A DNA stretch of 64,000 nt, from positions 334,552,001 through 334,616,000 of the forward strand of contig OZ024741.1 of the NCBI GenBank assembly GCA_964016885.1, read 5' to 3'. A model generated the notes under the pieces. The model was not told where the DNA came from and ran no database searches. It saw only the letters and a program-made list of their open reading frames with translations. This document shows positions 40,801 through 53,000 of the stretch, one piece after another (the first letter of the stretch is position 1; each line of letters opens with the position of its first letter). The translations under genes were made by a program, and so were the position numbers. The DNA is from Eledone cirrhosa. Its lineage: Eukaryota.

Positions 40801-43800
40801 CGCCCCCCTGATCTCAAGGATCAATTTTCCCCTCGTCCTTCTGCATATGAAAGTCTGCTGTCCAGGTTGGTGGTTTACGACTTCTTTGCGATCTCCGCAG
40901 TGTTGGGGCAGCACTTTGGGTTTCCTCTTCCTCGGAGTCCGTTGACACAGTGATTCTACGGACATCCAGGACATGACGTGGTACTCCGTCCACGGACACA
41001 TTGTTCTGGGAATTTACGGCCGTCACCGTTCCCCTTCCCCATTGAGATGTGCAACGTGCATCTGGGGGCTTAACCCAGACTTCTTCGCCCACCTGCACGA
41101 ATGCATAATCTCTCCCCACTGGCCGTTGTGGTGGCGTGCACGGGTGCCGCCACTCGTATCTGAATACTGCTCTGTGTGGCACCGATTCCTCGACCTGTCC
41201 CACCCGAGGGGACATGTTGTACCAGAACACTGCCTCCATTGGTGAGATATGGCCCCACTCCGCCATTGCCTTGATCGTCCGGTGGTGTCGCTCCACAATT
41301 CCATTCCCGCTCGGCCTGTGCGCTGCTCTGAAGAAACGGTCCACCTTCCATCCATCGAGCATCACCCTCAGCGCCTCCGAGCGGAACGCTGCGCTGTTGT
41401 CCATCAGCAGTTCGTCCACAGGGCCCCGCTCCAACAACACCTCTCTCAACGTCCGCATGATTTCCTCGGCCGTTCCAGTCTTCCTCTCCCTCCATATCGC
41501 CATCCGTCCTGGTCCACAATTGACCATCGAGAGGTACGTTCCCTGTCGGTAGTGCGTTACATCCACCGCCAATCGCCTCCAGTCGCAATCCACCGGTAGG
41601 CTTCCCGTTTCGTGTACACCCGGGGCGGGATCAATGGACTGACATCGGACGCAGCCTCTAACCACCCTTTGAACACTGTGTCTGTTAACGTCCGAGTCGA
41701 TTCTCCTGGCTAGGAACAGGCTCCTATCCACTCCCATGTGGTGCATGTCATGCAACCCTTTCAGATCCGACTTGGTCAGCCGACACACGGCAGCTATCTC
41801 ATCTTCTACCTCCTCCGGTGCTTCCATCCAGGCTTTCGTCACCTTAGTTAAGATGTCCGCCCTATTTTTCTCTGAGGGCACGAAAACTACGCTCAGCCTC
41901 AGGTCGAACTCGGTGGCCAGCTCTCCTAAAGTTCCCAGGCGGCGCTTTATCAGCATCTCCGTCGCCCCTCTCGTTCGCACTCTCTTCTCACTGGTGAGCA
42001 CTGATCTCACCCATCCGAGTACAGTAGCCGAGTCGGTGCGTATCTCGATGGTGCGCAGTCCCCACCTCAGGGCGAGGTTCACCCCTCTCAACACTGCGTC
42101 CAACTCGGCCACATTGATGTGGTTGCAGTCGTCCTAAGTCAGGCTGCATCCTCGACCTCAACACCTCCTATCTCCAACGTGACACCCAGCGCTATGCTGC
42201 TGGCATCGCACCATACGGTCCCGCTCTGTGATTTGGGAACATACCAGCGTCCCCGCACTGGGTCGTCGGCCTTCACCCTCCCCACGATCTCCTGCATCAT
42301 GGCCACCGTCCTCTCTCCCACTCTGTCACTCCAAGTCACTCCTCCCGCTCGTCTCTTGACATAACTGCATGCCGTCCGGAGCCACCGAGCAATCGGGTAG
42401 TGACCCACCAACTTTCCACACACCGAGAAAAGCTGCCGCCTACTCATACTTGGGCCCAGTTCTGGAACTTCATTTCCCCTCTGGAATTCCAAGACGCCCG
42501 TCCTGTCTCGCCGTAGCCTAAATCCCAGCACGGCTCCTCCCTCCAACACTTCTGATGGCTTCGTAGCCAGTCCATACCCCTGTAAATGGCTCGTGACCTC
42601 CGCCGCCGACACCACAGACTAGTCCACTAGGATGTCGTCAATATAGGAGTTAGTGGCCCTCTTCATCTTGTCGGCCTTTCCCAAATGGTCTTGAGGACCA
42701 CCGCCATGATCTTCGGTGCGGAGCTCATCCCGAAACCGAGCCTGGTCAGGCAATATGTCCGGCCCTTATACCTGACCAGCTGATACTGCCAGAGCTTCTC
42801 ATCTATATGCAATTGCAAGTATGCCGACTTTAGATCTACGATTGCTGAACCCCCCGTCATGCGTCTCCACTCACGCAGGATTTCCCCACAGACATTCGTG
42901 ACCTCGCCACCCGTGTGGCATGACACGTGTTCGTTCAGCTCCCGAAAGTCCAGCACCGGCCTCACCTTGTTCTTCGTGGGTTGCGCCACCGCCATTAACG
43001 GCAATACTCCGCACTTCACCTCCTCTTTCCAGGGAAGCAGTATGCCCTCTTCAATCCATCTCTCTACCTCTCGCTCGAACTCGCTCCTAATGTTTCCCTT
43101 CAATGTGTGTTGATAGCAGCCCACTTTGGTCTTCAGTGTTGGTGGTTCTCCCTTCCAGTACCACTCAACAACCCATCGCTGCCCATCGAACACGGCCTTG
43201 AAGTCTTTGTCCTGCACAGTGTAAGCGGGGTATTTCTCCTCGTGGGCCTTCTGGTTCTCCTGTCGCGCACTCACAGCGCATACCGATGGAGCGGCGCCAA
43301 ATGACACACCGACGTTGTTCACTGTGACGCCTCCTAGACGGCCAATTGCGTCCATGCCCATAACCACGCCCGATCCCATCCACCACGCTGTCTACTACGA
43401 TGGCAGAAAGCCTTATTTTCCTTCCCCGTACCGCTATTTCCATCTCGCTGCGACTTCGGCATTCAATTTTCCTGCCGTCGACTGCCCTTACGCTGCTCTT
43501 CCCTCTCCACCTCTGCGCCACCCCCGCGGTCACCAGTGTCGTCGTACAGCCCGTGTCCACGAGGGCTCGCTGTGGGTTTCCCCTCATGAAGACTTCCACC
43601 ACGGGAAGCGCCTCTACTCGTAAGGGGCAACTACCGGCGCAGTAGTTCCCCTTGGATAGTTTCCCTGGCCGCAGTTAATAGCGATGAGGCCTGGTCGCTT
43701 ACACCGGTAGCATATTATTTCCGGCCTTGACTCTCTGCAGTCTCTAGCCATGTGCGGGCCCTGGCACCGAAAACAGCGACCTCTAAACGTTCGCGGGTGA

Positions 43801-44484
43801 CCACGTGCCGTAGTTGCCTCCTTTTCACCATTTCGCTGCCAGCTGTCTTGAGCCTCTGTAGTTGCTATCGCCGCAACACTCTTTTTGGCATCTTCTGCTA
43901 TGATCCGGGCTTGTTCCACAAAGTGAACGCATTTCCATTTCTTTGTAACCCGGGACTTGGTGCAGTTTCACCGCTATGTCGTCTGGAAATCCATTTATGA
44001 ACGCCAACCGCACCGTGCGTTCGCATTCCACCTGATATCCAGCCAACATAGCCAATCGCCGTATTTACGCTGCGAAAATGTCGACGCGCTCACCGTTCCA
44101 TCTAATTCTTGCCAGCTTAGCGAAAGCGGCTAACGGTCCCTCTGCGAATGCTTCTGTCATGCGCCTCTCAATCTTTTGCGCATCTCTTTGGCTGTGTTCG
44201 TCCAACTCAAGGAAGAGTACCAACGCGTCCCCCTCGAGGCACAGTGCCATGAGGCCAGCCACATCTTCTATCTTCTCCAAGCTTGCGACCAGCCGGACTT
44301 TTCGCAGCCAAGCGACATCACCTTCCCCGGTAAATGCCCTGATAGCTTCGCTTGTTCGTCGTCTTGTCGCCATCTTCTAATTTGTCTTGCGGTACGTGAT
44401 AAAAAAAAACAACAGACTCCTCTCTGTTTTTCCAGTAGCTTTTTTTTTTTTTCAATCAGATCTGTTTCCAGTGCCGAAATAGCT

Positions 44485-44736
44485 TGTGGTTAGAAAAAGC
44501 TATCTCACTTACCGCTTTTCATAGGCGCCGCTAAATTCCACTGCTGGTATCTCCTCTTCCACGTGCGTCCAGCTGCTTAACACCGGGAGCTGCCAAAACT
44601 CGCGTCCACACCGTTGATGGTCACCACTAGAGAGGCCCATCTGCTGGCCCTTCCGGTCGAGCATCCTTCCGGCCAAGCACCCTTCCGGTCGAGCACGCCC
44701 CCGCTTCCGGCCACCGCACGCCACACCATACCCACA
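44485..44736 (-). repeat. 5' LTR
   Basis: Direct repeat of 40549-40800 with a few substitutions. Confidence 0.95.
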
Positions 44737-44865
44737 TCAGATTGGGGTATTTACTTTCTCGATGCTCCTGGAGGTACCGGAAAAACTTTTGTAACGAAAT
44801 TGATTCTCGCTAAGATTTGTCAGGAGAAAAAAATTGCGTTGACCGTTGCATCGTCAGTGAATTGA
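44737..44865 (+). mobile_element. Continuation of the Helitron: Pif1 helicase Walker A, then truncated
   Basis: GIYFLDAPGGTGKTF..IALTVASS resumes immediately after the TSD. Confidence 0.9.
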
Positions 44866-44894
44866 CAGTATCGGTAGAGGGTCGGATGCGATGC

Positions 44895-45005
44895 TTTGAC
44901 GCATAGAGTTACGGCACTTGCCATTCTGTGTTCAAATCCCGCCGAGGTTAACTTTCCCTTTCATCCTTACGGGGTCGATAAAATAAAGTACCAGTAATGT
45001 ACTGG
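44895..45005 (+). mobile_element. SINE fragment (box B + Deu/Nin-like core)
   Basis: gttcaaatccc followed by cctttcatccttacggggtcgataaaataaagtaccagt. A related inverted copy lies at 49625-49745. Confidence 0.65.
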
Positions 45006-46344
45006 TTAATTGCTTGCCTTGTGCCAATAGTAGAAACAATTATGAACAATGAGCAATCTACTACAAAACAACAACAAAAATATCTTACGATAAAATTTAA
45101 AGTATTTGAAAACATTTGAAACATTTTTGTAGGGAAATGTCTTTGGAGATTGCAATTGTAATATATCCCTGAACGACACCAACTGATTCTCGGGATCTAA
45201 TATCGTGTCAACCATAGAAGAATTACGTAAAAAGCTTTCACAAGAGTCTTTAGGCTAAAATGAAAGCTATGGTAGAGATACATGACGTGAAACTTGTTAA
45301 TCTTTAGTTAAAATTGAATAACTTCGCTTCCATCTTTTTTAACCGTATTGAGGCAAGCTGAGAAACTATTTGATATTCCAAAGTATCAATAGCTTGACTA
45401 AAATGAATTATTTTATTCAGGATGTTGGAATTAATTGGATACGATAACACACACACACACACACACACACACGAAAAAAACTTGTCCAACTAACATAACC
45501 ATTTTTGTTTTAGTTACTTTATAATGGATTGTTTGCCTGCTATGTCTGAAACTACTTGACTAATTCCATTTTGTATGTAAACGAATGACGCTTCTCGGTT
45601 TTGGCCATAATTCGGCAATCCCTAAGACGAACAATTACTCAAGCACTGTAATCGAAACTGGGTCGAATTTTCCTCGAGAAAGAGATACTAGTCGACTTAA
45701 TGAATTTACCGAACAAAATATTAGTGGATTTTACTATATAACGAAAGCGCTTAGAATTTGTTTAAATGAAGTGTTTATTTCGATAAAATTTTAAGTATTT
45801 AAAAAAAATATTAATGATACCAGTGCAAGTGCCCTTTCTACGAAAATGTATTCCTGGTTGCTACTAACGGACAACCTTTCAAATGATTGTAGTGTAAAAT
45901 AAATTGAAAATTAGAAAAGAAATATATCTATTTATATATATTTTCTATTAATTCCAATTACAATAAATAATTATAACTAAAGTTTGCCGTATTTTTTGTT
46001 TATTAAATGTAAATATACGACGGTCACTTAACTAGTTTACGAACTACTCCCGAATTTTGTTTCCTCATGACTTTCTAAATATCAAACAAAGTTATTTGTC
46101 ACTAATATACTTTGGACATACTAATAGAAAGTTTCGCTCGTTCGAAACTTTCTATGAGTATGTCTAGCTTGTATCCCCCCCCCTCCCCGCCAATGTGTAT
46201 TTTGGCATTAGTTAAATCATGTTTGTATTTTTTAATCAAAATTTTATTCACATTGTACAACCACATACATGAGTGTGTTTCCGTTAAACATATTCCCACT
46301 GTCAGTACCCTCGATTCTCGCTCTCTCGCTATTATGAACAAATA

Positions 46345-46690
46345 GAGGCCCACGGTCCTGGCGGACAGAATGGGGGTGTTTCTATAGAGGATGGTGAGGG
46401 AGACGCGCTGGAAGAGCCATTCCAGCTCACGCGTGCAGGTAGCCAGCCCTGTACCGATGGTGGTGAGCAGGGTGGTAGCCCTAGGGCCAAGGACACCAAA
46501 AGTCTCCACGGACTCGACCGCAAACCTGTCGGATAGCAACCGATATTTGGAGAATTTATTCTCCTCGGCCCGAAGTGCAGCAGAGTCTGGGTTAGTCACA
46601 GACTGCACCAGGTTACCGCTGTAGAATGTGTCGCTGCATGTGGCATCCCAAATGAGGTGTTTGCCACCGCGGAACGGAAAGATGGTTTGC
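46345..46690 (-). mobile_element. CRE-like non-LTR element, restriction-like endonuclease C-terminal fragment
   Basis: PFRGGKHLIWDATCSDTF..AEENKFSKY..VETFGVLG..LFQRVSLTI. Confidence 0.75.
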
Positions 46691-47099
46691 CACCAGTTGT
46701 ATAAATAACATTACAAACTGTTTATAATTCTCATAGAAGAAAATATAAACACAAATAATCTATACTATAATAAAGGGCGGAGTGCGAGACACCACCCGAT
46801 TTATTTCTTTTAATCCAGTTAGTAAAGTAAGTTGGATTACTTTGAATAAATAATGAATGAATATTACATAATTTATGTACTAAATTTCCTAACTCTTGAT
46901 TAAATATAAATAATTTTATTGCTCATCTAAAATTGACTTCTAAAAGTTTCAAATCAAATTTCTACACTTAGTGTACCGCGCTGCCACCACCACTTCAACT
47001 ACCATATATATATATAGAAAGAGAGAGTGTGATGATTGAGATACAGATAGATAGTGATTATGTGACAGATATATATATATATTTCGTTTCTGAATTTAC

Positions 47100-47960
47100 C
47101 AGAGTGTAATGTTCATCAATACAACCCCTAAAGGTGAATTAGCTTACAAATTTAGAAGGGCCCTAGATAAACATAAACTCAATATTAAGATAGTAGAAAG
47201 ACCAGGTACCTCCATAAAAACACTTATTAGCAATACATACCCTTTTCAAAGACCTCCCTGTATAGACAAGAAATGTATAATCTGTAAACTAAGCCCCCCT
47301 ATTAACTGTAAAACTAGAAATGTAGTATATAGCATAAGATGTACTGAAGGACAATGTAAAGATAAGAATATAGTGTACATAGGTGAGACAGCTCGTAGTA
47401 TAGAAGAACGGATAAATGAACACTGGCGAGAGCTTCAAGATAGTAAAGAATCATCTGTACTCCAACATGCTAAAATAGAACATAAGGGTAAATTAGAGAA
47501 CATAGAAATAAAAATAGAATCTACACACAGAAAAGACGCAATGTTTAGACAAATCACAGAGGCAATAAACATAAATGAACTCCAACCAAAATTAAATAGA
47601 AAACATGAATGGAATAGCAACATCACAACTTACAATTAAGGACAAAATGAAAACACACACACACACACAGAGAACAAACAACCAACCAGTAACATGTAAA
47701 TAAACAAATAAATAAACAAATATAAACAAAAAAGAGACACCCGGATGTAACATGCGCAAACTAAGCAGACAACACACACTAAAACAAGATGGCGCAGGAC
47801 AGAACAAAGGAGAGGCACAAAAACAAAGAAAAGAATCCCCAGTCACTGAAGAGGTTACAGAATGTGTGACGAAAGAAGTTTGACAATATATGAACAATCG
47901 TCTGGTTGTGGAACCAACCAACCAACCGGAAATTTATAAATTCTTAAATTTATAATAAAT
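47100..47960 (+). mobile_element. Penelope-like element 3' fragment (Cys linker + GIY-YIG) with 3' UTR/pLTR
   Basis: ORF 47109..47639 has C..C..C, NVVYSIRC..YIGET, RINEH, EAINI and PKLNRKHEW. Confidence 0.85.
47842..47884 (+). ncRNA. Minimal type I hammerhead motif
   Basis: gtca CTGAAGA ggttac..gtgac GAAA gaag TT tgac; stem III is only 1 bp. Confidence 0.55.
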
Positions 47961-48012
47961 TGAAGTGAAAGCAACTGGTACGTGTGTTTCTTATTGGCAA
48001 CATGACCCTCCC

Positions 48013-48014
<2 letters not shown>

Positions 48015-48094
<80 letters not shown>
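48015..48094. repeat. (GA)n microsatellite
   Basis: Seen directly. Confidence 0.95.
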
Positions 48095-48097
<3 letters not shown>

Positions 48098-48164
48098 AGA
48101 GATTAGGATTTCACAAACAAATATAATATATACAAAGGAAAGGAGCACTAAGAAACCTCTCTAA

Positions 48165-48610
48165 TAATTTTTGAGGCAAGCCAGCACGCTCGCAGCATTA
48201 CCTGGGGTGATGGCGAGGCTGAGGTGCTGGAGCAACCAAGTGCCCTCACGAGCATCACCAGTTACCTCTGTTTGGCGAGCTGCCAATGAAGATAAGAATC
48301 TCGCTGAGAGTAGCCCGACTCACCCAAACTTCTCGAAGGCCACAGGCTGGATAATGTAGTTAGCTGACAGAACACGGTATTTTAGGATTTTGTTCCGTTC
48401 AGCTGCGGATGTTGTAGCTCTCGCCTTTACCGCTGCATCCAGGATGTGGGAAGAAGCAAAAGAGTCACTAACTGTGACGTCCCAGATAAGGCTCCTGCCT
48501 CTTGACCAGGAGCACAGAGCAAGACCATCAAGACTTTTCCCATCAATTCTGGACAACCCAGACGGTTACGAAATTGAGGGGATGTTTGCTCGGGCCAAAG
48601 CTCTCAAGCG
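48165..48610 (-). mobile_element. CRE-like non-LTR element RLE fragment
   Basis: RALARANIPS..RIDGKSLDG..WSRGRSLIWDVTVSDSF..AERNKILKY..PVAFE. Confidence 0.78.
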
Positions 48611-48869
48611 GTAATAGGACAGTGTGTGGATGTGCGCGCGCGAGTTTATCGGCGTTCTTAAATTAGTGACGTATGTGTTTGTGTGTGTGTCACTGTTTTT
48701 TAAATTAGAGACATATATATGTATGTATCCCTTTCCTTCCTTTTACACACACATACATTCATACAAACGTACATACACATTGTGTCACGGACGGGTGGAC
48801 AGAAGTCCCTCAAATTTATATACATGTGAATGGAGTTCTACTGAAGCAGTTAGAGAAGTTGAAGTATAT

Positions 48870-49430
48870 TTGAGCCGTATTCATGAGTGATGGAATGCAG
48901 GAGGCTAAACTAAGTGCGAGAATTGCAAAAGCTGATGCAGTAACGTGACAGCTTCAGCAATCAGAAGGTGAAAAAGTCAAACTCGCTGTCTTCCTGGTAT
49001 TCCTGCCAACTCTTATCGAGGATCATGAATCTTGAGTAATAACCAAAAGAATACAATTGCAAATAAAAGCGGTAGAAATGGGCGTTCCTCCGAAGGGTCT
49101 TTGGAGTAACGTTACAGGATAAAGGGCATAGTTCGGAGACAGAGAGTCACTGCTGGTAGAGCCGCTATTCCTCCGAATTGAGAGATAACACTCCGATATT
49201 ATGAGCATGTGGTTAGAATGTCTCAGTAAAAAATTGCTGGACAGATTTTACAGGCAAAACCAACTGGCAAGAGACTCAGAGGTAGAACCTGAGCGAAATA
49301 GTTGGATAACATCCATGAGCTTGGCTGGTCACGCTTTGGGATCCAGCTGGATCAGTTAGATATGTTTGCTTCTGACAGACTCGCTGGAAGGAGTGTTTGA
49401 GAAGGACTCTGCCTCCACGGCCCTCTCAGA
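48870..49430 (+). mobile_element. Old degenerate RTE-type LINE 3' fragment
   Basis: Remnants RIAKA, LPTL..HES and LVEPLFLRIER..EHVVRM, with many lesions. Confidence 0.55.
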
Positions 49431-49624
49431 AATAGTGGGCGAAGAAGATATTGCCATTTACTTTTCAATTTACATATATATTTGCGTATAATACCAATAT
49501 GCACACTGCATATGCCCGAGGGGCGGTTTTTCTGCAAGTGAGATTAATTTTTCAACATAGTCCCTGGAAAGAAACAATGCATTTATTAACGAGAAGAGTT
49601 TAAATTAATTCTTTCACTGTTGGC

Positions 49625-49745
49625 ACAAGGCCAGCAATTATCCTAATGCATTACTGATACTTTATTTTATCGACCCCCTAGGGATGAAAGGTAAAGTTAA
49701 CTCGGCGGGATTTGAACTGAGAATGTAAAGAGCCGTAACTCTATG
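49625..49745 (-). mobile_element. SINE fragment (box B + Deu/Nin-like core)
   Basis: Reverse complement reads gttcaaatcccgccgagttaactttacctttcatccctagggggtcgataaaataaagta. Confidence 0.65.
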
Positions 49746-49853
49746 CTGCAAACCATAACGTCCTACTGATACTGATGCACTACGGTTCAGCCTTCGCGCA
49801 TGCGCACTGCTAGTAATATTAATAAATGGACGCTATCTTTATAAAACCATATT

Positions 49854-49916
49854 TATTTTATTATATATATATTTCAAGGGTACCAAGATTTTGGTACGCG
49901 CTCATCAGATAAAATA
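49854..49916 (-). ncRNA. Type I hammerhead motif (family B variant)
   Basis: tattttat CTGATGA gcgc gtaccaa aatc ttggtac cctt GAAA tatatata TA ataaaata. Confidence 0.72.
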
Positions 49917-50002
49917 CAAAAGTTGGTTTACAGATAGTGACATATTCAGACGAGAACTTAATGTGCGTTCTATTCTAAATAACTTATTGCTTATAAATAT
50001 AT

Positions 50003-53000
50003 AGATTTCTTTATTTACCATAAAGGCATAAAAAGAAGGGACAAATACAAAGGGGGAGTTTACATATAATCGAGTAAAAAGGGTGTAACATGAAAATAAT
50101 CGAAAATAACCTCAAAAGGGAGGGGACGTGATGGGGGTTGCACACACCCCCGAAAAAGTGTGCAATCCTTTGCCCGGGGAGCACATGGAGAAGGTGCTCC
50201 CCTCTCCTTTACTTCTTTACCTACAGGATGGTATACAGAGAAGGCCCATTTACACGAGCCATTCTCGCCACTATCACCCACCTTTCATAAAACTGCCTGT
50301 GGCCAAGCACCTCTCTCTCCATTCTTATCCTTCTTCCGAAGTGATATCGGAAGAAGTAGACCAGACTATGGCTAGAGAGGAAGTTGCCTGACCTCAGACC
50401 TTTCAATCGTGTCCACCAAACAACCTCTTTCAACATGGCTATTACGCACAGAAAAACCGCCTTTGCTTCCTTTGTGAAGAGGGGAGGCGGTTTGATTGTC
50501 ATCACGGACTCGGCGGTCAATTTAATCGGCGCCACCCGCGACAGCAGTTGTTCGGCGTAGCCCCACAGATCAGCCACGCCCGGACATTGCACCAATGCGT
50601 GCGCCACGGTTTCTTCGTGACGCACGCATCTAGGGCAAATCTTTTTTGAGGGATCCCTGCCCGGGCGCCCGTGTCTGTAGAGCCTCTCTCGAACGGGTAG
50701 AGCCCCTCGGTAGCACTGCCAGGCCAGTGACTTCTGGAAGTTGTCCATTGGTCCTGGGCCGAAAGTCCTACCGAACAGGCTGGCCAGTTCGTCTTCTTCC
50801 ATGTCCAGCGACTCTCCAAGGGTGTCATCGCCCCTGCTAGCCACCAGCCCTCTATAGAATGATGAGGTGGATTCTCCACCGATGGCCCAGCCCGCTTGCC
50901 AGAGAGCCCTGAGCGCCTGAGCACACTCAGTGTGCCAGTCTCCCAGTTTTCCGGATCTTTGTTTGACCCAGGACTGTAGCTCGGTGAGTGAGACGAGTCT
51001 CGGAAAGGCTCGTTTCACGAACGGGGCCCACACCGGTTGACCAGTGAGGAATACCTGTAGGTGCCGTAGCCTTAATGCGTGCCTACGCATCATCAACCAC
51101 GGCATCCCCAGCCCTCCTTTCGAAGGTTGTTGGCAGCAGATGGATCTTCTCACCATAGGAGGACGCTTCTTCCAAAGAAATTGGAAGAGCATGCGTTCCA
51201 TGGTGGTGAGTGTTTCCTTAGGGCAAGGCACGACAGTCAGGCGGTAGTAAGTGACGGACGCTATGTAAATGTTCGCCACCTCCGCCCGGCCTTTTAGGGA
51301 CAGCTTACACTTGGCCCATTTCTGGGTTAGTGCAAACACCTTGTTCGTAACCTCGTTCCAGTTCTTTTCCACCTGGAGGTCCGGTCCAAACCAGACCCCA
51401 AGCAACTTTACCGGGCCCTCCGTCCAGTGTCCGACGACACCGTCAGGAGGCATCGGTCTGCCTCTCCACGTTCCGAGTTGCAGCCCGATGGATTTTTCCC
51501 GGTTCAGTTTCGCTCCTGACAACCTTTCGTACTCCTCCAGTAAGGTACCGATCGCCTCGATCTCCGAGTCGGTTGATACCATTACTGTTACGTCATCGGC
51601 GTAGGCCGACACCGCTTTGCTCAATCCTGGTTCCAGGGGGATACCCTGCAACAACTCCAACTTCCTCAGTAAAGGCTCGAGAATCAATACGTACAGAAGG
51701 GAGGAGAGAGGGCACCCCTGTCGAATGGATCGTGTGATTTCGAACGGCTTCGAAAGGTAGCCGTTCACCTTGATCCTAGAACAGATGTGGTTGCTATGTA
51801 GGGCAGTGATCCAGCCTCTGAAAACAGGACCGAACCCAGCCGCCGCTAGCACCGCATCCAGGTAACCATGGTCGACCCTATCGAAGGCCTTAGACTGATC
51901 CAAGTTGATCAGGGCCCCACCGAAGCCGGGTTTGTTGCCAACCCTCTCTATGATGTATCGCATGAGGTGGAGGTTATCGTGAATGGACCTGGATGGGATA
52001 GCACATGTCTGCGCATCTCCCACCAGGCCACCCACGACAAGCGCCAACCTCTTTGCTAACACCTTGGCCAAAATCTTTAACTCTGTGTTTAGCAGGGTTA
52101 TGGGCCGAAAATTATTTATACTATCCCCCTTGTTCTCGTCCTTCCTCACCAGCGTGACTACGCCCTTGGCTACAGAACAAGGAATTCTCCCGTTCTGCTG
52201 CCAATTGCAGTAGACCGCTTCGAGGAGTTCGGAGAAGAAGACCGGCATTGCTAAATAAAGTTCGTAAGGTATACCATCGAGACCTGGAGATTTGCGTCTG
52301 CTGCATTGGCTCAGCGCATCTCCGATCTCATCAGCCGAGATTGGTCCCTCGCAGGACTCTGCCTCTTTGTTCGAGAGACGCGGCAGGCCGTCGAGGTATG
52401 GACCGAAATCCACGCCCCGGCCCGGACCCTCGCCTCCCCCGAACAATCGGGCAAAGTGCTTTTGAAAGGCCTCGCACATCTGCTTAGGCTCCCGGATCAC
52501 TCGTCCATCTTCGTCTTGCAACGACCGGATGGTGGATCGATTTCCACTTTTAGCTTCTGTCACGCGGGCCCATCCAACGGCTTTGGCCCCCTCATTACCT
52601 AGAGCACGTATTTTACTTCGAATGACGCAGCCTTCATGCTTTGCATCGAAAAACTGGTTCAAGGCCGTCCTCGATGCCAGCACTCTGGCCACATCTTCGC
52701 TCTTGATTGCCTCTTCTAATTTACCTGTTAATTCTTTCTCGTTTCTATTCCTATTGGCAGCTAACATCTTGCTATAACTTATTGATTCTGTTCTAATCTC
52801 TCTTTTGAGAGATGCCCACCATCGGTTGTTGACGATTGCACCCGTCAACCTCTCCTTAACTAATCTGCTAATCCGGTTTCTGTAAGTCTCTTTTGCCGGT
52901 AAAGACAAATTAAGTTTCCAGTAACCGGGACCCTGTCTATGTGTTTTCTCGAGATTGACCACGCAGGTCACTAATTTGTGATCCGTGTAGCCAACCGTGC

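Larger units (their letters stand above)
40549..44736 (-). mobile_element. Compact LTR retrotransposon (gag-PR-RT-RH-IN order), disrupted, with TCAGA target-site duplication
   Basis: 252-bp TG..CA LTRs at 40549-40800 and 44485-44736. TCAGA at 40544-48 and 44737-41. Gag has a CCHC knuckle plus a degenerate second one. Also LVDTG protease, YIDD RT, WCDASS RNase H, HHCC+DDE integrase, and a PPT aggggggcg. Confidence 0.95.

Noticed and set aside
46759-46990. Helitron 5' end (TCTATACTATAATAAA)
   Set aside because: No matching hairpin-CTRR 3' end identified nearby.
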